In this document: positions 20,329 to 28,791 of the stretch, piece by piece
Numbering within the stretch: position 1 is the stretch's first letter
Layout: each line of letters opens with the position of its first letter
Assembly: GCA_051439505.1 (NCBI GenBank)
Contig: JBFRWI010000070.1
Span: 21,906-85,905, forward strand
Source of the DNA: Hormoscilla sp.
Lineage (GTDB): Bacteria > Cyanobacteriota > Cyanobacteriia > Cyanobacteriales > Desertifilaceae
DNA: 64,000 nt
Reading direction: 5' to 3'
Position numbers and translations under genes: made by a program
The notes under the pieces: generated by a model
Told to the model about the DNA's origin: nothing
What the model saw: the letters and a program-made list of their open reading frames with translations, nothing else
Databases searched by the model: none

Positions 20329-21600
20329 TTATTCCAGATAAGGTTTAATATCTTTATAAATCTGCTTGGCAATTATTAAGTTACCATTTGGAGAAACATG
20401 ACAAAAGTCAATATAGATGTACTCGTCACGTGAAAACATATCTGTGTAATCTACTATCCACTTATGTCCGCGCTTTCGTATAACATCTTTAATCAGTGGA
20501 TACACAGTTTTGTACTGTAATCCCCTTTCATTTTCCCATTCATCAAAGTTTAGATGAGTTAATTTTGGGTTGCCAACATAAGCAACGGGTTGCAATATAG
20601 CCAAGAATTTTATTCCGCGTGCTTCTGCTAGATCGTGAGCGATTTCCCAATTGTTAACAATTGACTCTGCTGCATTTTGAGCTAGTTCCTCTGAATTATC
20701 GCACACATAAGCGCCATCAACAGAACCTTTTACTTTTATTGATTCACCTTCATCATTTTCCACCACCGACTGAACACCGAATATCTTTCTCTTAATTTTT
20801 GCAGCTAAGCTTCTGGTCCCAAACAAGAAAGAAAAATCCAGGTATTGTAAAAATTCACTCCCATTCAAATGTAGCTTTACCTTCTCATTTGTCAGCCAAT
20901 TTTCCTCCTTCCCTGCAAAAACTTTCCTTGTCATCCGTTTTCTAAAATCATCCGTATAATAATGTTCGTTAACTTCAAGCTCAGGACTACAATTAGCTGT
21001 AACATCGTTAACCCCATCGTAAAATATGACAATATCAATCTGTTCTCCTTCAGCTAAAAGATTGACTAATCTAGCAATGCCTTGACGGCTATTAAAGCCT
21101 CGCTCTCCCTTGTTGTAAGACGGCATTCCTGAAATTGAACTAAACAGAGCAGGAATAGTGCCATTATCTGGCGCACCTTCACCCCACATTGTCGATCCCC
21201 CAAAAAAGTAAACTGATTTATTACTCTTCTCTCCACCACGAACATTCTCATGAACCCTATCTCCATTATTATCGATCGTTATTGTTTTACCTTGAAAAGG
21301 TTTCATACTCCATCCAATATATGCTTCGTATGAGTATGAATTAAAATTCTGCACGAATTCTTGAGAATGGATTTTCATCAATTCTCTGTCATTATCATAA
21401 TTAGGGAGAGTATACGTCTCTATATATGGTAGAGCTTGCTCCTCTATCTTCTCATCCTGCTTTTCAGTATTTGCTTTTAATAGCAACATTCTTATTTCTC
21501 CACTCACCAATAGTACCGCACTGCTCAAAAAATTTAGACTCGAAATGATTATAGCAGTTACCGCCATATTTATCAATACTAAACGAATCTTATCCTTCAT
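20329..21600 (-). CDS. SGNH/GDSL hydrolase-family membrane-anchored protein
   Basis: N-terminal TM; block I FFGGSTMWG, block III FYDGVND, block V DFCH. Visibly AT-rich. Confidence 0.8.
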   Translation of the reverse strand: MKDKIRLVLINMAVTAIIISSLNFLSSAVLLVSGEIRMLLLKANTEKQDEKIEEQALPYIETYTLPNYDNDRELMKIHSQEFVQNFNSYSYEAYIGWSMKPFQGKTITIDNNGDRVHENVRGGEKSNKSVYFFGGSTMWGEGAPDNGTIPALFSSISGMPSYNKGERGFNSRQGIARLVNLLAEGEQIDIVIFYDGVNDVTANCSPELEVNEHYYTDDFRKRMTRKVFAGKEENWLTNEKVKLHLNGSEFLQYLDFSFLFGTRSLAAKIKRKIFGVQSVVENDEGESIKVKGSVDGAYVCDNSEELAQNAAESIVNNWEIAHDLAEARGIKFLAILQPVAYVGNPKLTHLNFDEWENERGLQYKTVYPLIKDVIRKRGHKWIVDYTDMFSRDEYIYIDFCHVSPNGNLIIAKQIYKDIKPYLE

Positions 21601-21601
21601 T

Positions 21602-21892
21602 TTTTCATCCCTCCTGATTTTTTATTTTCACTTTCGTTCTGTCTGTTTTCAACCCCACTCGCTCGCACATTAGCATATAAATACCAGACCTCACCCGCCT
21701 CTATCCACCGGCACTAGCTATAGTTCCAAGCCGCGCTAGCCTGATGCCAATTTTCATCCCTCCTAATTTTAACTTCCATTATGTCTGTTGTCAACCCCAT
21801 TCGAGCATACTCTAGCAGACTTTGACCAGACCTCACCCTCCCTTAACCACTGGCAGTAGCTAGGGGTCAAAGCAGCGCCAGGCTGATGCTAA
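21602..21892. repeat. Diverged ~145-bp tandem duplication in the divergent intergenic region
   Basis: tttcatccctcct...tgtctgtt.tcaacccca...accagacctcaccc...ggca.tagcta...ctgatgc.aat occurs twice (from 21602 and from about 21751). Confidence 0.8.
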
Positions 21893-21952
21893 TAAACATA
21901 TAATAGCATAAAGCTATAATATCCTTTTGTAGCTATGGGAGAGAACGAACGG

Positions 21953-23797
21953 ATGCAAGTACTTGGCATATCAGCATTTTACCATGACAGCGCTGCTGCC
22001 TTAGTTGGTGACGGGCAGATTACAGCCGCCGCCCAGGAAGAACGCTTTTCCCGGAAAAAGCATGATGCGAGGTTTCCCGCGAGGGCAATATCCTACTGTC
22101 TGTCAGCAGGAGGATTGCGCCTGCTTGATTTAGATTATATTGTATTTTACGACAAACCCCTGGTCAAGTTCGAGCGACTGCTGGAAACCTATCTAGCTTA
22201 TGCCCCCAAAGGGTTTCGTTCCTTTTTAGCTGCCATGCCCGTCTGGCTGAAGGAAAAGCTTTACCTGAAAAGTCTCCTGAAAACAGAACTGGCAACCCTG
22301 GCAGGTAGCAAAATCTTGCCCCCATTACTGTTCACCGAACATCACCAGTCCCACGCCGCCTCGGCCTTTTTCCCCAGTCCCTTTGCCCGGGCAGGGGTTC
22401 TCTGTCTGGATGGCGTGGGTGAATGGGCCACAACTACGGCCTGGTTGGGTGAGGGAAACCAGTTAACTCCAAGTTGGGAAATTGATTTTCCTCACTCCCT
22501 GGGTTTACTATACTCCGCTTTTACCTACTATACTGGCTTTAAGGTTAACTCTGGCGAGTATAAACTGATGGGTTTGGCTCCCTACGGCCAACCTAAATAT
22601 GTAGACCCGATCCTCAATCACTTGATCGATGTTAAACCCGATGGCACCTTCCGGTTGAATATGGACTATTTTAACTATACTACGGGTCTGACTATGACTA
22701 ACCAGAAGTTTCATAAGTTATTTGGGGGTCCGCCGCGTCAACCAGAAAGCAAACTTACTCAGCGGGAGATGGATATTGCTAGTTCGATCCAGTGGGTGAC
22801 AGAAGAAATAGTGCTGCGCCTCGCGAAAACTGTTCGCAAGTCTCTAGATGTCGATCGCCTTTGCCTTGCTGGTGGTGTGGCCCTCAACTGCGTTGCTAAT
22901 GGACGAATTTTGCGGGCAGGCATTTTTGAAGATATCTGGGTTCAACCTGCTGCTGGTGATGCTGGCGGGGCTTTGGGCGCTGCTTTGGCAGTCTGGCATC
23001 AATACTGCGATCGCCCTCGCGAACCAAAAAGTGAATCCATAGGGCAAGATAAGATGCAGGGTGCTTATCTGGGACCGAGTTTCACAGAAGAGGAGATTCT
23101 GGATTATCTGAAATTAGTGAGAGCCCCTTTTCACCGGTTAGATGATGCCCGGTTGATGCCCGAAGTGGCAGAAATTTTAGCCCAAGGAAATGTGGTGGGT
23201 TGGTTTACCGGACGGATGGAATTCGGTCCCCGGGCCCTGGGAGGCCGATCGATCCTTGGGGATCCCCGCAGTGAGAAGATGCAGTCGGTGATGAACCTGA
23301 AAATTAAATACCGGGAATCTTTTCGACCTTTTGCTCCTTCTGTGTTGGCCGAACGAGTCTCGGATTATTTTGAACTGGACTCCTCTAGCCCTTACATGCT
23401 GATAGTAGCTCCTGTCAAGGAAAATCTCCACGTTCCCATGACGGCAGCACAGCAGCAACTGTTGGGGTTCGATCGCCTGAAAGTGGCCCGATCGCAAATT
23501 CCCGCCGTCACCCACGTAGATTATACTGCCAGAGTGCAAACGGTTCACAAGCAAACCAATCCTCGCTATTATGAGTTAATCCGTCATTTTGAGGAACTGA
23601 CTGGCTGTGCAGTGCTGGTGAATACATCCTTTAACGTCCGGGGAGAACCGATCGTCTGCACTCCCGAAGACGCCTACCGCTGCTTTATGCGCACGGAAAT
23701 GGATTATCTGGTACTGGAAAATCTCTTGCTGGCCAAGTTCGAGCAGCCAGCTTGGGAAAAGGATGAAGCTTGGCAAAAGGAATTTGAACTAGATTAA
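21953..23797 (+). CDS. O-carbamoyltransferase, NodU/CmcH family (SxtI-like)
   Basis: LGISAFYHDSAA, EHHQSHAASAF, DGVGE, EYKLMGLAPYG, EFGPRALGGRS, NTSFNVRGEP. Alternative ATG at 21935. Confidence 0.93.
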   Translation: MQVLGISAFYHDSAAALVGDGQITAAAQEERFSRKKHDARFPARAISYCLSAGGLRLLDLDYIVFYDKPLVKFERLLETYLAYAPKGFRSFLAAMPVWLKEKLYLKSLLKTELATLAGSKILPPLLFTEHHQSHAASAFFPSPFARAGVLCLDGVGEWATTTAWLGEGNQLTPSWEIDFPHSLGLLYSAFTYYTGFKVNSGEYKLMGLAPYGQPKYVDPILNHLIDVKPDGTFRLNMDYFNYTTGLTMTNQKFHKLFGGPPRQPESKLTQREMDIASSIQWVTEEIVLRLAKTVRKSLDVDRLCLAGGVALNCVANGRILRAGIFEDIWVQPAAGDAGGALGAALAVWHQYCDRPREPKSESIGQDKMQGAYLGPSFTEEEILDYLKLVRAPFHRLDDARLMPEVAEILAQGNVVGWFTGRMEFGPRALGGRSILGDPRSEKMQSVMNLKIKYRESFRPFAPSVLAERVSDYFELDSSSPYMLIVAPVKENLHVPMTAAQQQLLGFDRLKVARSQIPAVTHVDYTARVQTVHKQTNPRYYELIRHFEELTGCAVLVNTSFNVRGEPIVCTPEDAYRCFMRTEMDYLVLENLLLAKFEQPAWEKDEAWQKEFELD

Positions 23798-23801
23798 ATC
23801 T

Positions 23802-24206
23802 ATGGAAGCAATTGTCAAACTGGACAAAAAAGGACTGCGTGACTTTGGACTAATCTTCGGATTAATGATCGGGCTAGTATTTGGGATCCTCGGACCCTTA
23901 CTATGGCGTCATGCCTTACCCATTTGGCCCTGGATACCCGCAGTCATCTTCTGGGTTTGGGCATTATTAGCACCCCAAACCCTCAATCCAGTCTATCAAG
24001 TTTGGATGCGCATTGCGCTAGTCTTGGGATGGATTAACACGCGGTTGATTTTGGGAATTATCTTTTATCTGCTCCTCACGCCGATGGGAATCATCAGGCG
24101 GACGATGGGTAGCGATCCGATGCGTCGAGAGTGGAAGCGCCATGTCGAGTCCTATAGCATTCCCTCTCAAATGAGAACCATAGAAAGTATGGAGCGACCT
24201 TTTTAA
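23802..24206 (+). CDS. SxtJ-family membrane protein
   Basis: LRDFGL, P..LNPVYQVWM..A.VLGWINTRLILGIIFY, TPMG..DPM; directly follows the carbamoyltransferase. Confidence 0.85.
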   Translation: MEAIVKLDKKGLRDFGLIFGLMIGLVFGILGPLLWRHALPIWPWIPAVIFWVWALLAPQTLNPVYQVWMRIALVLGWINTRLILGIIFYLLLTPMGIIRRTMGSDPMRREWKRHVESYSIPSQMRTIESMERPF

Positions 24207-24370
24207 TGTGGGAAACGACTGTTGATTTGTTGAAGGATCTGTGGGAATTTCTGCGGGAACGGAAAAAGTATTGGTTATTACCTTTGATTATCAGTTTAGT
24301 CATGGTGGGGGCCTTAATTGTCCTCAGTCAGGCTTCTGTTATCGCTCCGTTTATCTATACTCTCTTTTGA
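24206..24370 (+). CDS. SxtK-like (DUF5989) small membrane protein, 54 aa; absent from the ORF track
   Basis: MWETTVDLLKDLWEFLRERKKYWLLPLIISLVMVGALIVLSQASVIAPFIYTLF*; ATG overlaps the upstream TAA. Confidence 0.88.
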   Translation: MWETTVDLLKDLWEFLRERKKYWLLPLIISLVMVGALIVLSQASVIAPFIYTLF

Positions 24371-24547
24371 GAGGCGAAAACCAGCTATTTGCAGAGAAAC
24401 CCGGTTTCTGGCCCCCCACCCGGTCATGGGCCATCCAGTTTTGAGCATCTGTCGAACTCACGTCAAACTGCGTTTTTACCGAACAGTACAGAATTTCCGG
24501 AGCGTGGGGGGGAATAATTGAGAGGTCTTTGTGTAGTTAAAAGTAAG

Positions 24548-24584
24548 TCCCCCCCCCGTTCGCGCTACGCGAACGGGGGGGGGA
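24548..24584. repeat. GC-rich hairpin
   Basis: Poly-C-gttcgcg / cta / cgcgaac-poly-G inverted repeat. Confidence 0.7.
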
Positions 24585-24596
24585 TCCAGTGATTTC

Positions 24597-24741
24597 GGGT
24601 GTGGTCAAAAGTAGTTGATAGCCAGGTACATGTATAGCCCGCGCAGGCGGTTGCCGCGCTGCGCTCGCAATGACATTGCTTTGTTCGTGTAGCCGGGCCC
24701 TTTAGGGTTCGGGCTACTACCAACGGGTTTTGACCACACCC
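24597..24741. mobile_element. MITE, 145 bp, 14-bp TIR GGGTGTGGTCAAAA, 9-bp TSD agtgatttc
   Basis: TSD at 24588-24596 and 24742-24750. Confidence 0.88.
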
Positions 24742-24927
24742 AGTGATTTCTCCTACTGCTTCAGTCAGGGATCCCCCACGCTGCGCGAAAAATCGCTCCG
24801 GACACCAAATTCCCACTCATGCGCAATTCGATCCCTTTGGGAGCATAGTCAGGGGTTAGATCGACTATGATCTAAAAGTGACCATGGTTTTTGGGAAGCT
24901 TGTATACCTCATTCTATCACAGATATT

Positions 24928-26430
24928 ATGACTGACAAACTCATAGGCGGACACTACCGGCTCGTAAAACAATGGCGGGATAACAATTCATGCCAAACCC
25001 ATCTGGCGGAAGATACTCATCTGCAAGGCAAATATTGTGTTGTCAAGAAACTTCAGTTAGAGGAACCAGCATTATCCTCTAATCAAATATACAGAAACTT
25101 GTTCGATCGGGAAGTTCAAACTCTTTACGCCTTAGGGGAACATCCCCAGATCCCCGAACTCAAGGCGCATTTTAACGAAGATGAAGTAGTCTATCTGGTT
25201 CAGGAGTTGATAGAGGGCGAGGATCTCAGTAAAAGCGAAATCCCACATCAGCAGTGGACTGAGTCCCAGGTAATTGACTTTTTGGTCGATGTCTTAGACA
25301 TTCTCGTCTTTGTCCACGATCGCAATGTCATTCACCGCGATATTAAACCCTCCAATTTAATCCGCCGCAAGTCAGATGGCAAGATCGTTTTGATTGATTT
25401 TGGGGCGGTCAAGCACATTGCCACTAATATCCAGAATTATGGCACCATTGTTGGTACTCCTGGCTATATGCCGCCGGAACAACACATAGGACAACCTCAA
25501 TTTTCTAGCGATATCTATGCTTTGGGCATGACGGCCATCGCTGCGTTGACCGGGGTTGGACCTAATCATTTAGACCGCGATGCTGAAAGGGAGGTGGTCT
25601 GGCGCGATCGGGCTTCCGTTAGCCCTGGGTTGGCTGATATTTTAGATAAAATGGTGCGCAACAACTGTAATCAACGCTACCAAACTGCTCGGGAGGTGCT
25701 TGATGATTTACAAAAGTTAAAACAACAGCCTCCTCCTTCAGATCCACTTCCTAATGGTTCTTCTTCTCCTTTTCCTTGGAAGAAATATGTCGGGGTGGCG
25801 ATCGCAGTTGCTGCTCTCCTTGGTGTTAGCTTATCTTTGATTATTTCCCGTGTTAACCGCGCTGCCGAGGCGATCGCTCATTATAATGAAGCCAATCAGC
25901 TCATCGATCGAGAGAAATATGAAGAGGCGATCGCTGCTTTTGATGCGGCCCTGGAAATTCAGTCTGATTTTGCCGAAGCTTGGGCCGATCGGGGTTATGC
26001 TCTCGGTCAGTTAGGTCAACAGCAAGACAAGTTTTCTTCATGCGATCGGGCCATTCTCTTAGAGCCCCATCTGACCGAAGCTTGGAATTGTCGGGGACTA
26101 GCGCGACATAGTTTAGAGCAATACGAAGAAGCTATCAAGGACTACGAGGAAGCCCTGACAACCAACCCCAACTTCTCCGCTGCCTGGTATAACAAAGGAG
26201 AAACTTTATTGCAGATCCAGCAACATCGAAAAGCTCTGAGATCCTTGAACGAAGCCATAGACATTGATCCTGACTACCTTTTTGCCTGGAACCTTAAATG
26301 CAAAGCCCATTATGAATTGGAAGAATACTCAGAAGCCCTTGCAGCCTGCGAACAAGCTCTGGAAATCGACCCGAACTACGAACCAGCAAAGCAGAGACTC
26401 ACATGGGTGCGGCAGAAGCTGGATAAATAG
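24928..26430 (+). CDS. Hanks-type Ser/Thr kinase with TM segment and C-terminal TPRs
   Basis: CVVKKL, HRDIKPSN, IDFG, GTPGYMPPEQ, SDIYALG; multiple TPRs. Confidence 0.92.
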   Translation: MTDKLIGGHYRLVKQWRDNNSCQTHLAEDTHLQGKYCVVKKLQLEEPALSSNQIYRNLFDREVQTLYALGEHPQIPELKAHFNEDEVVYLVQELIEGEDLSKSEIPHQQWTESQVIDFLVDVLDILVFVHDRNVIHRDIKPSNLIRRKSDGKIVLIDFGAVKHIATNIQNYGTIVGTPGYMPPEQHIGQPQFSSDIYALGMTAIAALTGVGPNHLDRDAEREVVWRDRASVSPGLADILDKMVRNNCNQRYQTAREVLDDLQKLKQQPPPSDPLPNGSSSPFPWKKYVGVAIAVAALLGVSLSLIISRVNRAAEAIAHYNEANQLIDREKYEEAIAAFDAALEIQSDFAEAWADRGYALGQLGQQQDKFSSCDRAILLEPHLTEAWNCRGLARHSLEQYEEAIKDYEEALTTNPNFSAAWYNKGETLLQIQQHRKALRSLNEAIDIDPDYLFAWNLKCKAHYELEEYSEALAACEQALEIDPNYEPAKQRLTWVRQKLDK

Positions 26431-26588
26431 TGTTATCCTGGCGATCTTGTTCTAATTTGAGGAACCCGGTCGAGCAGTTACCGGGTTTCCCATTTGATAT
26501 CATCCCCTCGACTCCGCTCGGGGACCACCGGGATATTTTTGTTCATTTACAGATGGAAGTTTTTTTTACGCTCAACTCGATCGCCATT

Positions 26589-27116
26589 TTATCTAAACAG
26601 CATCGTCCAGAATGGCACTCTGCCGATGCGTCGATGATCTCCCCGTTCCTGTGAAAATGCTGTCTTTAACTTACTATCGAGAATGCTGTCGAGAACCTTT
26701 TCGCTCTCCTCCTGGCTATAGTTGGAAGCAAGAGTAAATAACCTGCGGCTGCAACTTGTTTCTTCTGAATTTGACTCTACCTCTACCTCTACACATATTG
26801 CCGGTCTATTAATTCCCGGCATCTTGTGAACATTGAATGATGACCCCTGACCACCGCCATCGTAGTAACTCTGCAACTTTTTCGATACCTCTTGACAGAG
26901 TTGTTCTGGACTCTGATTATGGAACCAAGGATCTGCTTGCCAGTGAAAAACTGCCTGACTTTTTGCCTGGGAATCTGTCGCCATGGTGGTCGGGATGCCA
27001 TTGCGCATCTCGCAGGTAAATTTGATGCCAGGGGACTGGGACTGACCTATGGCTGAGGCAGCACTCATAATGATGACCGCTCCTGCTAGTACCGGCGACC
27101 ATAATTTCATTTTCAT
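26589..27116 (-). CDS. COP23-domain secreted protein
   Basis: Signal peptide; FTC....IPTT, W, PEQLCQEVS.KLQ, PAIC, LFTL. Confidence 0.7.
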   Translation of the reverse strand: MKMKLWSPVLAGAVIIMSAASAIGQSQSPGIKFTCEMRNGIPTTMATDSQAKSQAVFHWQADPWFHNQSPEQLCQEVSKKLQSYYDGGGQGSSFNVHKMPGINRPAICVEVEVESNSEETSCSRRLFTLASNYSQEESEKVLDSILDSKLKTAFSQERGDHRRIGRVPFWTMLFR

Positions 27117-27338
27117 CTGATTTCCTCCAGATGACTGCTGTTTTTAACTCTATTCTATCTGATTTATTGTGTTGAGAGCGCTGATTTATGCACAAACTCG
27201 GAGCGGGGAATGGCCGATCTGCTCTGATCGTGACCTAATCTGGCCCCAAAACTGACTGCCCGATCACGCTCGGCTGACCGATCCTGAGCTTCTTCTATGA
27301 TATCTCACGCCTTCAAAGAAGTCAAGTCGGCTTTGTCG

Positions 27339-27420
27339 GGGTGTGGTTGGTAGGGTGGGCCGCACCCACTGTCATTCGCCGGTGCGGCCTTCAACTCCCA
27401 ACTGGTGCAAGACCACACCC
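27339..27420. mobile_element. MITE, 82 bp, GGGTGTGGT/ACCACACCC ends, 9-bp TSD gctttgtcg
   Basis: TSD at 27330-27338 and 27421-27429; internal GTAGGGTGGGC..CCCAC REP. Confidence 0.8.
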
Positions 27421-27905
27421 GCTTTGTCGGCATCAAGGTAACTTACTATAGGATCTGTGAAGCTGACTATACGACAAATACCCTCGATCTGATATCTGGC
27501 AGTTTTGCCAACGGAGCGCTCAAACCCCCTTGTACTCAAGTTTTCCCCTCATTTCTAGGTCGAACTAACTGGTGCCAGACCACGGTTATGGATCGTAAAA
27601 ATAGGTTTTTCCCCAAAATGGCCTTTTTTGTTCGCTCTCTCAATATAGGAAGAGAGGAAGGGCAACCTCCCTCACAGGGGTATGTTTTTTATATTTGCTT
27701 AATTTTTGTTTGCCGAAAGTAGGAAAGTGGGTGAGTGGGAGCAACAAAAGTGAACATTTGTCTATACTTTTGGCAGCCAATTTACCACTATTAACTACGA
27801 ACTACGAACTACGAACTACCCCTGTAAAGGGCAACACCCCGGGAGCGCTAGTGTCAGCGTCAGGCGTAGGCGATCGGTTACCACCGGTTGAAACCAGTTC
27901 TAGTT

Positions 27906-28056
27906 GGGTGTGGTCAAAACCCGTTGATCGAACATCGCATACCCCAGTCGCCGGATCCCCCCAAACCCCCCTTAGAAAGGGGGGCGCGCCGGTTGCCCCC
28001 CCTTTTGGAAGGGGGGGTTTGGGGGGGATCCCTTACAACTACTTTTGACCACACCC
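27906..28056. mobile_element. MITE, 151 bp, 14-bp TIR GGGTGTGGTCAAAA, 9-bp TSD gttctagtt
   Basis: TSD at 27897-27905 and 28057-28065; ends inverted relative to the 24597 copy; internal poly-C/poly-G palindromes. Confidence 0.88.
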
Positions 28057-28532
28057 GTTCTAGTTCTGCCACCGTGCCTGCGGCCTGCTGTCATTTATTT
28101 TCGCCATGCTGCACCAGGAGCACAAAAGGGGGGGATACAGCTAGTATCCTGAGCCCAGGGCCAACTCTCAAGCAGCACTAGGTTTTTCCGACTAACAGCA
28201 CTAGGTTTTTCCGAAACTGCCTAATGGCGGGGATCTGCGGACTGGTGAAAGCCTCCATCTGGTAATTCTCCTACAAGATCGCGATCGCCAGGAAATCTGT
28301 CTCTATGAGGTCTCTTGGCCCTGGCGATCGCAAACCTCCCCGCCCGAACCCGTTCCCAGGCAGAGCTGTGGGAACGAGGGGTCCGGCTACAGATACAAAG
28401 TGCTCTCCTCTCCGCATGCTCTCCTCTCCGCACTCGCTTAAGCGCTCGTGCTTCGGGATGCGCCGCTTTAGCGCTCGTGCTCCGGGATGCGCTGCCTGCG
28501 CGGGCTATATTGCAAAACACCGGATGCACCCC

Positions 28533-28678
28533 ACCTAACCTTCCTTGTCGCTGTTGGGTTTCGCGCTTAGCTTAACCCAACCTACGGTATTAAGTTGGGT
28601 TGAAGCAACGTTACCTAACCTGCCTTGTCGCTGTTGGGTTTCGCGCTTAGCTTAACCCAACCTACGGTGTTAAGTTGG
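28533..28678. repeat. Direct repeat (period 80 bp) containing a GTAGGTTGGG-type REP
   Basis: acctaacct.ccttgtcgctgttgggtttcgcgcttagcttaacccaacctacggt.ttaagttgg at 28533 and 28613. Confidence 0.85.
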
Positions 28679-28791
28679 CGACGGGGCACGAGAAAAATAT
28701 TTAGTAAAGTTATCCTGACGAGCTAGTTATCCTGATGATATAGGATATGATATGCTTAGTTCAATCTTCCCTGTAGTTACTGGCTCATAGG

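Noticed and set aside
21953..24370. Saxitoxin biosynthesis cluster
   Set aside because: Only sxtI/J/K-like genes are present; no sxtA, sxtG, sxtB or other core genes are in the window.
27405..28575. Several 77-117-aa ORFs
   Set aside because: They run through MITE and REP sequence and show no recognisable protein motifs.
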